From assembly GCA_963821875.1 (NCBI GenBank), contig CAWGFE010000004.1, positions 52,692 to 116,691 on the forward strand: DNA of 64,000 nt, written 5' to 3'. Under the pieces are notes generated by a model. That model ran no database searches and was not told the DNA's origin. It saw only the letters and a list, made by a program, of their open reading frames with translations. Both the position numbers and the translations under genes were made by a program. This DNA is from an uncultured Alphaproteobacteria bacterium. GTDB taxonomy: Bacteria; Pseudomonadota; Alphaproteobacteria; CAVTAV01. Positions 42,407-52,625 of the stretch are shown here, piece after piece (position 1 is the first letter of the stretch; the number at the start of each line of letters is the position of its first letter).

Positions 42407-42442
42407 CAGCGCCCGGTTCAGTCGCTGACTGACCGGGCGCTG
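42407..42442. terminator. Long hairpin between convergent genes
   Basis: CAGCGCCCGG-T-TCAGTC-gct-GACTGA-CCGGGCGCTG; no U tract. Confidence 0.5.
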
Positions 42443-42480
42443 GCTCGTCTCAGACGGGGCTCGATCGAGCCCGCCGCATT

Positions 42481-44181
42481 CTAGAACAGGCCGAAAATCT
42501 CGCCCTTCTTGTCGACGCCGATACTGGCTGCCGCCGGAACGCGGGGCAGGCCCGGCATGGTCATGATCGAGCCGCAGACCACCACCAGGAATTCGGCGCC
42601 GGCCGAAAGCCTGACCTCGCGGACCGGCAGGGTATGGTTCGTCGGCGCGCCCTTCAGGCTGGGATCGCTCGTGAAGCTGTACTGGGTCTTGGCGATACAG
42701 ACCGGATACTTGCCGTAACCCGCCGCCTCGTAATCCTCGAATTGCTTGCGGATCTTGGCGTCGACCACGATGTCATCGGCGCGGTAAAGCTTCTGGGCGA
42801 TGGTGCGCACCTTGTCGATGAGCTTCATGTTGTCGGGATAGAGCGGCTTGAACTTGGCCTTGCCGCTTTCGACCATCTCGACGACTTTCTTGGCCAGCTT
42901 GGTCGTGCCCTTGCTGCCGTCGGCCCAGTGGGTGCACTCGATCGCCTCGGTGCCGAGCTCGGCGCAGGCCTTGCCGATGGCCTTCATTTCGGCGTCGGTG
43001 TCGGTGATGAAGCGGTTGATCGCCACGACGGCCGGAACGCCGAACTGGGCGACGTTCTCGATATGCCGCTGGAGATTGGCGAAGCCTTTCTCGACCGCCT
43101 TCACGTTCTCCTTGCCGAGATCTTCCTTCTTGGTCACGCCGCCATGGGACTTGAGCGCCCGGACGGTGGCCACGATCACGACAGCTTCCGGCTTCAACCC
43201 GGCCTTGCGGCACTTGATGTCGAAGAACTTCTCGGCCCCGAGATCGGCGCCGAAACCGGCTTCCGTGACCACATAATCGGCCAGCTTCAGCGCGGTCGTC
43301 GTGGCCATGACCGAGTTGCAGCCATGGGCGATATTGGCGAACGGACCGCCATGAATGAAGGCGGGATTGTTCTCCAGCGTCTGCACCATGTTCGGCATCA
43401 GCGCGTCCTTGAGGAGCGCCGTCATCGCGCCGTGCGCGTTGATCTGCTTGGCCAGGATCGGCTCGCGGTCGCGGGTGTAGCCGACAACGATATTGCCGAG
43501 CCGGGTCTGGAGATCGTCCAGGTCCTTGGACAGGCAAAAGATCGCCATGACTTCGGAGGCGACCGTGATGTCGAAACCGTCTTCGCGCGGGAAGCCGTTT
43601 GAGACGCCGCCCAGCGAATTGGTGATGGTGCGCAGCGCCCGGTCGTTCATGTCGACGACGCGGCGCCATGTCACGCGGCGGGAGTCGAAGCCGAGCTCGT
43701 TACCCCAATAAATGTGGTTGTCGATCATCGCGGCCAGCAGGTTGTTCGCGGCGCCGATCGCATGGAAATCGCCGGTGAAGTGAAGGTTGATATCCTCCAT
43801 CGGCACGACCTGGGCATAACCGCCGCCGGCTGCACCACCCTTCACGCCGAAGCACGGGCCGAGGCTAGGTTCGCGCAGGCAGATCAGCGCCTTCTTGCCG
43901 ATCTTGTTCAGGCCATCGCCGAGACCCACCGTCGTCGTGGTCTTGCCCTCGCCGGCGGGCGTCGGGTTGATGGCGGTCACAAGGATCAGCTTGCCGTCCT
44001 TGTTGCGCTTCAGCTTCTTGAGATAATCGAGCGACAGCTTCGCCTTGGTCGGTCCGTAATGGAGCAGGGCGCTTGCCGGAATATCGAGTTTTGCTGCGAC
44101 GTCGTCGATTGGCTTGGTTTTGGCGGCGCGGGCGATATCGATATCGCTCTTCGGCGCCGTGGATTTTTTCTTCGTGGCCAC
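42481..44181 (-). CDS. fhs: Formate--tetrahydrofolate ligase
   Basis: [38 protein letters not shown]. Confidence 0.98.
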   Translation of the reverse strand: MATKKKSTAPKSDIDIARAAKTKPIDDVAAKLDIPASALLHYGPTKAKLSLDYLKKLKRNKDGKLILVTAINPTPAGEGKTTTTVGLGDGLNKIGKKALICLREPSLGPCFGVKGGAAGGGYAQVVPMEDINLHFTGDFHAIGAANNLLAAMIDNHIYWGNELGFDSRRVTWRRVVDMNDRALRTITNSLGGVSNGFPREDGFDITVASEVMAIFCLSKDLDDLQTRLGNIVVGYTRDREPILAKQINAHGAMTALLKDALMPNMVQTLENNPAFIHGGPFANIAHGCNSVMATTTALKLADYVVTEAGFGADLGAEKFFDIKCRKAGLKPEAVVIVATVRALKSHGGVTKKEDLGKENVKAVEKGFANLQRHIENVAQFGVPAVVAINRFITDTDAEMKAIGKACAELGTEAIECTHWADGSKGTTKLAKKVVEMVESGKAKFKPLYPDNMKLIDKVRTIAQKLYRADDIVVDAKIRKQFEDYEAAGYGKYPVCIAKTQYSFTSDPSLKGAPTNHTLPVREVRLSAGAEFLVVVCGSIMTMPGLPRVPAAASIGVDKKGEIFGLF

Positions 44182-44352
44182 GTGAACCTCTCAGTTAATG
44201 GATGTGCCGCATTGGAACCGCTGGCGGTTAATGGCAGGTTAGAGCACGAAAAGATGTAAGGGCGGCACTCTACAGCCTGACCGCGCGGGCGTCGAATCCT
44301 ATGTAGTGAAAAGTATCGCGCGGGCGTTTTAACCCGCTTCCTTGCACAAAAT

Positions 44353-45699
44353 CTAGGCGTGTTCGGCGGTTGCCCGGCGTTTATAGGCGGGAACGCCGAT
44401 GATCAGAAGTCCGGCGCTGATCAGCGCCGCCACCGTGGAGACGGCGGAGATCGAGTGCCCGACCGCAGCGTCGTTCGCGAACACGAAATCCGTAATCGCC
44501 GAGACAGCGGACGGGCCAAGCCCGACGCCGAATATGGTGACCATGACCAGGTAAACGGCGATCACCTGCCCGCGCATTTCGTTCGGCGTCACCGCTTGCA
44601 GCGCCGCCTGAACCAGACCGACCGGAGCGCTCAGGAACAGCACCATCAGCGTCAGACAGCCGAGTGTCCAATACGGGCTCGGGACGGCGACGAACAGCAG
44701 CGCCGGGGGGACGGTTCCGCACATGGCGACGATCATGATCGTGCTGTAGGCGGCGATATGACCGCGTTTCAGCATGATCCCGGCGAGCCAGCCGCTGAAC
44801 AACAACCCGAAGGTTCCGCAGACGATCGTGATCAGGCCGATATCGAGACCGATCTGGCCCATATTCCAACCATAGACGCGGCGGAAGGTTGTCGGCGCCC
44901 AGCTGAAGGCGCCATAGCCGGCCATGGCGGAAAATGCCGCACCAAGCATGAGCGTCGCATAGACGACCCAGTGCTTGCGGACGTAGCCGAGAGCCTCGCC
45001 AAGCGTCACGCCGCCCGTCGCGCTCCGCTTTTCACGGCGTACGGGCTCCCGGATGGTGAAGGTGAGCAGGACGACCAGGAAACCCGGCAGGGAGACGAGG
45101 ATGAAGGCCAGCTGCCAAGGCTTCAGCGTGCCGAACATCAGAATTTCCTGTCCGCCGGCGGCCGCCGTGAGGGCGGCAATCGCGCCGCCGAATATATTCG
45201 CCAGACCGGCGCCGACCTGAACGCCGGCGGCATAGAGATTGATCGGCAGGCCGCGTTTTTCCTTGGGGAAATAGTCGGAGATCATCGAGATCGCCGACGG
45301 CGACAAGGCCGCTTCGCCGACGCCGACGCCAAGCCGGGCCATGAAGAGGTGCCAGAAGCTGCTGGCGAGTCCGCAAACGCCGGTCATGATGCTCCACAGG
45401 AACACGCCCGTCGCGATGATGTTCCGGCGGTTCCGGCTATCCGCCAGCCTGCCGATGGGAATGCCGAGCACACCGTAGAAGATCGCGAAGGCGAGACCTT
45501 GAAGCAGGCTGAATTCGAAATCCGTTATCGCGAGATCGTGGCGGATCGGATCGACCAGAAAGGCCATGATCTGCCGGTCGACGAAGGCGATCGTATAGGC
45601 GAAGAACAAGATGAAGACGACGTACCAGCCATAAGCACTCGACGGATAGCCGTCGTCCGCAGAGGGCGGGGGCGTGCCGATAACCGGTGGCTCGCTCAT
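44353..45699 (-). CDS. MFS transporter (spinster-like), paralog 1
   Basis: FVDRQI, GRLADSRNRR, GVGVGEAALSP, PNEMRG. Confidence 0.9.
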   Translation of the reverse strand: MSEPPVIGTPPPSADDGYPSSAYGWYVVFILFFAYTIAFVDRQIMAFLVDPIRHDLAITDFEFSLLQGLAFAIFYGVLGIPIGRLADSRNRRNIIATGVFLWSIMTGVCGLASSFWHLFMARLGVGVGEAALSPSAISMISDYFPKEKRGLPINLYAAGVQVGAGLANIFGGAIAALTAAAGGQEILMFGTLKPWQLAFILVSLPGFLVVLLTFTIREPVRREKRSATGGVTLGEALGYVRKHWVVYATLMLGAAFSAMAGYGAFSWAPTTFRRVYGWNMGQIGLDIGLITIVCGTFGLLFSGWLAGIMLKRGHIAAYSTIMIVAMCGTVPPALLFVAVPSPYWTLGCLTLMVLFLSAPVGLVQAALQAVTPNEMRGQVIAVYLVMVTIFGVGLGPSAVSAITDFVFANDAAVGHSISAVSTVAALISAGLLIIGVPAYKRRATAEHA

Positions 45700-45720
45700 C
45701 GCGCCGGCCCCGCCTCTCGC

Positions 45721-47052
45721 CTAGACGCCGAGCGCGTCGGCGGAGCGCTTGTAGTATTTTATGCCGATAAACAGCGATGTGATGCCGACGATGGTCGCGG
45801 CGGTGCCGACAACGGCCACCGACTTGCCGACATCGGCCGGGTTCTTGAAGAAGAAGTCGGTGAAGGCGGCGACGACCTGGTTGAAGATGCCGTTGGCAGT
45901 GATGTTGAGGATCAGGAAGTAGATCGCGATCACCTGGCCGCGCATTTCATTGGGCGTCACCGATTGCAGCGCCACGGGCCCGAGCCCCACATGGAACGAG
46001 AGGCCCAGCATGAGAATCGCGAGGCAGCCCATCGTCCAATACGGATTGTGAACGGCGACGAGAAGGACAAAGCCGATCAGTACGAGGCATTCGGCGCCGA
46101 TCATCATCTTGTGGAACACGGCTTTTTTCCCGGCGCGAAGAAGCTTGGTCGCCAGCCACCCGCTGAAGACCAGACCGATCGGGCCGCAGACGCCGATGAT
46201 CGTGCCGAAATAGGAGCCGAGCTCGCCGCGGGTCCAGCCGAAATTACGGTCGTAATAGGCCGGAATCCAGTTGATCAGAGCGTAATTCGAGGTCGCGAAC
46301 AGGGAGACACCGACAATCAGCGTCAGATAGGTGCCCTTGTGCTCGCCGATATAGCGCAGGGTTTCGGCAAATTTGGCGTCCGCACGCCGTTCGTGACGCG
46401 CCGGTTCCTTCAAGGTCAGCACCAGAAGCGCGATCAGAAGGCCCGGTATGCCGACCATCAGGAACGCGAACTGCCAGGCGTGAATCTCGCCGAGAACGGG
46501 GATCGTCTGCGGCCCCATAGAAAGTGCCGCCTGCGTCGCAAGACCGCCGAAGATATTGGCGAGACCGGCGCCCACCAGAATGCCTGCGGAATAAACGTTG
46601 AGCGGCAGGCTTCTCTTCTCGCGCGGGAAATTATCGGTGATCATCGAATAGGCGCAGGGCGACAGGGCCGCCTCGCCGACGCCGACGCCGAAACGGCCAA
46701 GGAAGAGCTGCCAGTAATTGGCGGCGACGCCGCACCAAGTCGTCATGACGCTCCAGACGGCGATGCCGGCCGAAATGATATTCCGGCGATTGTGGCTGTC
46801 CGCCAGACGGCCGATCGGAATGCCCAGGACGGTATAAATAATGACGAAGCCGAAGCCGCTCATGAACGCGAAAGCCGAATCCGAGATATGAAAATCGGCT
46901 TTGATGGGATCGACCAGGAAGGCGAAAATCTGCCGGTCCACGAAGGACAGCGTGTAGGCCAGAAACAGAACCGCGACCGCGTACCAGGCGCGCGCCGACG
47001 ACGGATATGACGGCGTCGGCTGAGCGCCGCCAGTCTGCGAACTGTCACTCAT
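45721..47052 (-). CDS. MFS transporter (spinster-like), paralog 2
   Basis: Same motifs as the adjacent paralog; ATG at 47052. Confidence 0.9.
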   Translation of the reverse strand: MSDSSQTGGAQPTPSYPSSARAWYAVAVLFLAYTLSFVDRQIFAFLVDPIKADFHISDSAFAFMSGFGFVIIYTVLGIPIGRLADSHNRRNIISAGIAVWSVMTTWCGVAANYWQLFLGRFGVGVGEAALSPCAYSMITDNFPREKRSLPLNVYSAGILVGAGLANIFGGLATQAALSMGPQTIPVLGEIHAWQFAFLMVGIPGLLIALLVLTLKEPARHERRADAKFAETLRYIGEHKGTYLTLIVGVSLFATSNYALINWIPAYYDRNFGWTRGELGSYFGTIIGVCGPIGLVFSGWLATKLLRAGKKAVFHKMMIGAECLVLIGFVLLVAVHNPYWTMGCLAILMLGLSFHVGLGPVALQSVTPNEMRGQVIAIYFLILNITANGIFNQVVAAFTDFFFKNPADVGKSVAVVGTAATIVGITSLFIGIKYYKRSADALGV

Positions 47053-47400
47053 ATGGCTATTTCTCCCCCCGGATCGCAAGCCGCGTCCCACTGACCGAGG
47101 GAGCAGCTTTTGTGATCGATACCCTAAAGTCAAGGGAATCGGGGCCGCCCTGCGGAACCGGTCGTGGATGCGTGGCGGAGGGGCCGGAGAGGGATCAGGA
47201 AAAAATTCTGAGGAGCCCGCCGATCAGACGACAGGCCCCTGAAATCAGGACTTCTTGCGGACAGCACATAACGCACCGCACCAACGTTTCAAGGCCGGTC
47301 GGAGCGCTGCCCGATATAAGGACACTATGACAGGTTTCGCGAATCAGAATCCGGGATTCATGATATCGCGAAAATATCAGCCGTTATAAGGCCTTAGACC

Positions 47401-47616
47401 TTAGGCCGATAGGTTCTTCAGAGTCTCGGGATCGGCGAAATACACCAATTCGAGGCGGCGAGCATAGGTAATCGCCTCTTCGCGCGAAGAAAAACGCGCC
47501 TGAAGTTCCAGGTTATCCGGCAAGGTAAAGGGTGACACACGAACGAAATCGACGATCCGTGTCGCGGTGACCTCTCGCCGGTCATTTTTGACGAGCATAA
47601 CGCCGTAGCGGTTCAC
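47401..47616 (-). CDS. Hypothetical small protein
   Basis: 71-aa ORF in an AT-richer gap; GAGGA RBS precedes an out-of-frame ATG at 47624. Confidence 0.4.
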   Translation of the reverse strand: MNRYGVMLVKNDRREVTATRIVDFVRVSPFTLPDNLELQARFSSREEAITYARRLELVYFADPETLKNLSA

Positions 47617-47937
47617 AGTTTCATATCCTCTTTGGATCTTTAGACGCTCAATTCTTTAACTAATCATTTGGCGTCTTTGGGGTTTTTGGCGTCCAGACAG
47701 CCTACCCTGTGGACCATAACATAGGGCATTCAGCCGGGATCTCAAGTCGATATTGCAATTTCTTGACAATGAGCCGAGATCGCCGCTTTTTGGCCGCAAT
47801 TCATTGATGTTCTTCATCATTAGTGAAATGATGCTTCGGAAGCCGGTTCCCACCCCGGGCACTTTCGCCCTTCCCGTGCCCACGGCTTTCAGGGGGCCGG
47901 GTTGCCCTGTCCAGAACCAATCAAGGGGAGACATTGG

Positions 47938-48243
47938 ATGCAAAAGAATCTCCGTACAGTAGCCAAGGCGTTTGTTGTGATCGCTCCCGCCGTCTTGTTC
48001 GCGGGCTGCGCCACGCTCAGTGATCAGGATAAGGCCACGCTCGACAAGGCGAGCTCTGACGCCGCGACGGCGCAGCAGCAGGCCTCGAGCGCTCAGACGG
48101 CTGCTCAGCAGGCCGCTCAGCAGGCGCAACAGGCTGCGGACGCCGCCAAGTCCGCCCAGCAGGCTGCCGAACAGGCTGCCGCCGAAGCGCGGGCCGCGTC
48201 CGAAAAGGCGGAGCAGGTCTACAACCAGCGCCTTAAGAAGTAA
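47938..48243 (+). CDS. Lpp/OprI-like alanine-zipper lipoprotein
   Basis: AAGGGGAG RBS; lipobox LFAG-C24; Ala/Gln heptad helix; C-terminal NQRLKK. Confidence 0.85.
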   Translation: MQKNLRTVAKAFVVIAPAVLFAGCATLSDQDKATLDKASSDAATAQQQASSAQTAAQQAAQQAQQAADAAKSAQQAAEQAAAEARAASEKAEQVYNQRLKK

Positions 48244-48268
48244 GATTTCCAGGACAATCTGGCTTGAT

Positions 48269-48311
48269 CTGGCCCGGCGGGGACGCAATGCCCTCGCCGG
48301 GCCAGTTATTT
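48269..48311 (+). terminator. Terminator after the lipoprotein gene
   Basis: CTGGCCCGGCG...CGCCGGGCCAG stem followed by TTATTT. Confidence 0.7.
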
Positions 48312-48350
48312 AAGCCCGGTCGATAGTCGCCGTGGCCGGCTGATTTTGCT

Positions 48351-49313
48351 TTATTCGGTAATCCGGACCGGAACGCCGTCCCGCACGCGGGAGGCTTCGA
48401 ACACGGCATGCCAGTCGATATCGTCGGCCTTCGAGCCGGCGACCGCCATAACCTGCTGGCGCAAATTGGGAACCTCATCCTGGGTATAGTTTCCAGTGTT
48501 CTCGATCTGCTCGACCTGTTTCATGCTGGGCGAGATTTCGAGATAGAGCGCGCCGTTATGCCAGCCGAGCTTCACCGGCTGGGACACGACATTCACCGGC
48601 GTGCCCACTTTGGCCCATCCGAAGAGTTTTTCGATGTCTTCCGGATAGAGGCGCATGCAGCCGTGGCTGACGCGGCGCCCGACTCCCGGCGGCTTGTTGG
48701 TGCCATGGATGAGATATTCGTCCCAGCCGAGATCGAGCGCGTAATTGCCGAGCGGATTATCCGGCCCCGGCCTTACCGCTTTCGGTAAATCGGGATGTTC
48801 CTCGAACGAGCTTTTGGTCGGGAACCAGACCGGATGCCTGCGCTTGCGGGCGACGATGGTCTTGCCGAGCGGCGTTTCCAGGCCCTCGCGGCCGATGCCG
48901 ACAGGGAAGGTCGCGACATGCTTGCCGTCGCGCGAATAGTAATAGAGCCGCATCTCGGCGATATTGACGACGATGCCTTTATGAGGCGCGGCGGGTAGAA
49001 GGTGGGCGCCCGGAACGACGATGGTCCGTCCGTCGCCCGGAATGAAGGTGTCGACGCCCGGATTGGCCGCCTTGAGCTCGTCGAAACCGACGTCGTAAAG
49101 CCGTGCGACGTCGATCAGTGTTTCCTTGCCCTCGATGATATGCAGCCTGGTCGAGCCGACCAGGTCGTCTTTCAGGTCGTAGACGGCGACGAAAGGCTTG
49201 TCGGGACCGCGCCCTATCTCGGAAATCGAGGGGACGGCGGCACTGGCGGAAACAGCCGCCGTGGCGAGACCGGCGACGAGGCCGGCGGTGGTAAGAAGTA
49301 AGGACAACCGCAT
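48351..49313 (-). CDS. L,D-transpeptidase, YcfS/ErfK type (signal peptide, LysM-like, YkuD and C-terminal domains)
   Basis: ETLIDVAR.YDVG...AANPGVD, NIAEMRLYYY, GPDNPLG, IHGTN...VSHGCMRL, VKLGW...LYLE. Confidence 0.93.
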   Translation of the reverse strand: MRLSLLLTTAGLVAGLATAAVSASAAVPSISEIGRGPDKPFVAVYDLKDDLVGSTRLHIIEGKETLIDVARLYDVGFDELKAANPGVDTFIPGDGRTIVVPGAHLLPAAPHKGIVVNIAEMRLYYYSRDGKHVATFPVGIGREGLETPLGKTIVARKRRHPVWFPTKSSFEEHPDLPKAVRPGPDNPLGNYALDLGWDEYLIHGTNKPPGVGRRVSHGCMRLYPEDIEKLFGWAKVGTPVNVVSQPVKLGWHNGALYLEISPSMKQVEQIENTGNYTQDEVPNLRQQVMAVAGSKADDIDWHAVFEASRVRDGVPVRITE

Positions 49314-49467
49314 CGGTGCTACCGCTTAATCGCGGACTCCAGACTGTTTCCGTTTGCTCGGATTCCGAGCGGGAAACAGAATAACCCGGGCCGGAACCGT
49401 TCGAAAAGGATAAGATACGACAAATTTCGGGGTCTTATTGCCGCACAATTGCGGTAAAAGTCGGGCA

Positions 49468-49683
49468 ATGAAGCAATTAATCGAGACAAATGACCTGGTT
49501 CTGCTGTCCTGGGTGGAGGCGTTGCTGAGGGATTCGGGGATCGAATTTTTCATTTTCGATTCGTCCGCGGCCGTTTTCGGCAGCATGCCCATGGTGCAGC
49601 GGCGTGTGATGGTGGCCGACGAGGATCTCGACGCCGCGCGACGCCTGCTGGACGAGGCGAAGATCGAGTATGAAAAGAAGTGA
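49468..49683 (+). CDS. DUF2007 family protein
   Basis: TND.VLLS.VEALL..GIE...FD...RRVMV pattern; precedes the methyltransferase. Confidence 0.8.
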   Translation: MKQLIETNDLVLLSWVEALLRDSGIEFFIFDSSAAVFGSMPMVQRRVMVADEDLDAARRLLDEAKIEYEKK

Positions 49684-50419
49684 GGCCGGTTTTACCGAGG
49701 ACGGAATCCTCGGCAACCGGGTCCGTCTGCGCCAGCCCGTCACCGGTGAACGGGCCGCGATAGATCCGGTGCTCCTTGCCGCGGCGGTGCCGGTTCGGCC
49801 GGGTGAGACCGTCCTCGATGTCGGCGCGGGCTCCGGCGTCGCGGCGCTGTGCCTGGCGGCGCGCTTGCCGGATGTGGTCGTCGATGCGCTCGAAATACAG
49901 CCGGATTTGGCCGACCTGGCCCGCGAGAACGTCGAACTCAACGGCTTTGCGGCGCGAATGACCGTCTATAACGGCGATATCCTGGAGGCTGAGGCGCGTC
50001 TTCCTCGTCTCCCGTTCGATCATCTCATGACCAATCCGCCCTTCCTGGAGCCGGGCGAGGGGACGGAATCGCCGGAGCAGGGCCGCCGTCGGGCTCATGT
50101 TCACGGCGAAGCCGATCTCGCACGCTGGATCAGGGGCTGCCTTGGCCTGGTGCGGCACGGCGGCACGCTGACCCTCGTCCACCGCGCCGACCGCGTTGAC
50201 GCCATTCTTGCGGCGCTGCACGGGCGAGCTGGAGGCGTCATCGTCTTTCCGCTCTGGCCCCATGCCGGCAAACCGGCCCGCCGGGTGATCGTTCAGGCGC
50301 GCAAAGGCCTTGCCGCGCCGGCGATGCTGCATCCGGGCCTCGCGCTCCACGATCCCGCCGGCGGCTATAGTGACGATGCCGAGCAGGTGCTGCGCCACGC
50401 GGCGGCGATACGCTTATGA
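49670..50419 (+). CDS. tRNA1(Val) (adenine37-N6)-methyltransferase-like
   Basis: IDPVLLAA, LDVGAGSG, NPPF. Confidence 0.8.
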   Translation: MKRSEAGFTEDGILGNRVRLRQPVTGERAAIDPVLLAAAVPVRPGETVLDVGAGSGVAALCLAARLPDVVVDALEIQPDLADLARENVELNGFAARMTVYNGDILEAEARLPRLPFDHLMTNPPFLEPGEGTESPEQGRRRAHVHGEADLARWIRGCLGLVRHGGTLTLVHRADRVDAILAALHGRAGGVIVFPLWPHAGKPARRVIVQARKGLAAPAMLHPGLALHDPAGGYSDDAEQVLRHAAAIRL

Positions 50420-50462
50420 GCACAATCTTGTTCGCACCGGACGCGAGGTCTATCTTGGCGCG

Positions 50463-51350
50463 ATGAGCGATCCCACCGCAGTGAAACCCAGGAAACCGTC
50501 GCGGAGATTCGGCATTTTGCCGCGGCGGCCGACGGTATCCGTGCTGCCGCTGGTCGGTACGATCGCCACCGGCGGCGCGTTGCGCAGTACCTTCAGCTAC
50601 CGCGATACGGTCGAGCGGATCGAGCGCGCCTTCGGCTATCGGGGCCTCGACGCCGTGGCGCTGCTGGTCAATTCGCCGGGCGGGTCTCCGGTCCAGTCGA
50701 CGCTGATCTTCAAACGAATCCGGGCCTTGAGCGAAGAAAAGAAGGTCCCCGTCATTACCTTTGCCGAGGATGTCGCGGCGTCGGGCGGCTATATGCTGGC
50801 GATCGCCGGTGACGAGATCTTCGCCGACTCCTCGTCGATCATCGGCAGCATCGGCGTGATTTCGGCGGGATTCGGCTTCACCGGCCTCATGGAACGCCTC
50901 GGCGTAGAGCGGCGTTTGCTGACCGCGGGCAAGAACAAGGCGATCATGGATCCCTTCAGCCCGCTGAACGAGGAGGATGTGGTGCGCATCAAGGCGATCC
51001 AGGCCGATATCCATGAAACCTTCAAGGCGATGGTCCGCACCCGGCGCGGCGGCAGGCTGACGGAATCGGAAGACAAGCTGTTCAACGGCGATGTCTGGAG
51101 CGGGATCGAGGCCAAACGGCTCGGTATGATCGACGGCATCGGAGATGTCCGGAGCGTCATGCGGGACCGCTACGGCAAGCGCGTGCGGTTCCGCGTGGTG
51201 ACGGAGCGGAAGTCCTGGCTGCGCCGCCGGTTCGGTCTTTCCTCCCTTGACGGCGGCAGCAGGGGCGGCTCTTTTGGGGTCGGCAGCGCCGCCGAAGATC
51301 TTATCGCCGTTCTCGATGCGCGCTCGCTCTGGGCGCGCTACGGACTATGA
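50463..51350 (+). CDS. S49 family peptidase (SppA/SohB-like)
   Basis: NSPGGSPVQS, EDVAASGGY, GSIGV, TAGKNK. Confidence 0.9.
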   Translation: MSDPTAVKPRKPSRRFGILPRRPTVSVLPLVGTIATGGALRSTFSYRDTVERIERAFGYRGLDAVALLVNSPGGSPVQSTLIFKRIRALSEEKKVPVITFAEDVAASGGYMLAIAGDEIFADSSSIIGSIGVISAGFGFTGLMERLGVERRLLTAGKNKAIMDPFSPLNEEDVVRIKAIQADIHETFKAMVRTRRGGRLTESEDKLFNGDVWSGIEAKRLGMIDGIGDVRSVMRDRYGKRVRFRVVTERKSWLRRRFGLSSLDGGSRGGSFGVGSAAEDLIAVLDARSLWARYGL

Positions 51351-51375
51351 GCGCCGGTTTTAGGAATACGCTTAG

Positions 51376-51612
51376 ATGCTGGGATTGAGCTTGCCGAAAG
51401 TCATTATTCTGGTCCTGATCGTGGCGATCATCTGGTACTGGTCGCGCGGGTTGCGGGACGACGCGCGCTCCAGCCGCGACGACAACCGGCGCGGCGGTGG
51501 CGGCGGCAATCAGCCCGGCACGGAAAACCTCGTGGCCTGTCCGGTCTGCAAGGCCTATGTCGTGGAGAAGGGGGCCAAGTCCTGCGGCCGCCCGGATTGC
51601 CCGTATAAGTGA
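51376..51612 (+). CDS. Small membrane protein with C-terminal four-Cys motif
   Basis: N-terminal TM helix, Gly-rich linker, CPVC...CGRPDCPY. Confidence 0.7.
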   Translation: MLGLSLPKVIILVLIVAIIWYWSRGLRDDARSSRDDNRRGGGGGNQPGTENLVACPVCKAYVVEKGAKSCGRPDCPYK

Positions 51613-51743
51613 GCCGTAAGGCGATGATAAGGCGCTGTATCGGATGGCTTCTGCGCCTTGACCATCAGCCACCCTCTGTTTACTTTCCGCCGCGATAATC
51701 CTCGCCTTCTGATTGATCGCGCATCCTCGGAGTTTTCCGTCCC

Positions 51744-52624
<881 letters not shown>

Positions 52625-52625
<1 letters not shown>

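Noticed and set aside
44182-44352. ZTP or THF riboswitch upstream of fhs
   Set aside because: Consensus elements not seen on the minus strand.
44359-47010. 883-aa plus-strand ORF across both MFS genes (also 32163..34067, 52550..54235, 59272..60975, 62857..63993)
   Set aside because: Antisense to well-supported genes, Arg/Asp/His-rich composition, no domains.
49670-50419. Functional link between the tRNA-Val methyltransferase-like gene and tRNA-Val(CAC) at 30903
   Set aside because: About 19 kb apart; the characterised enzyme acts on the UAC isoacceptor.
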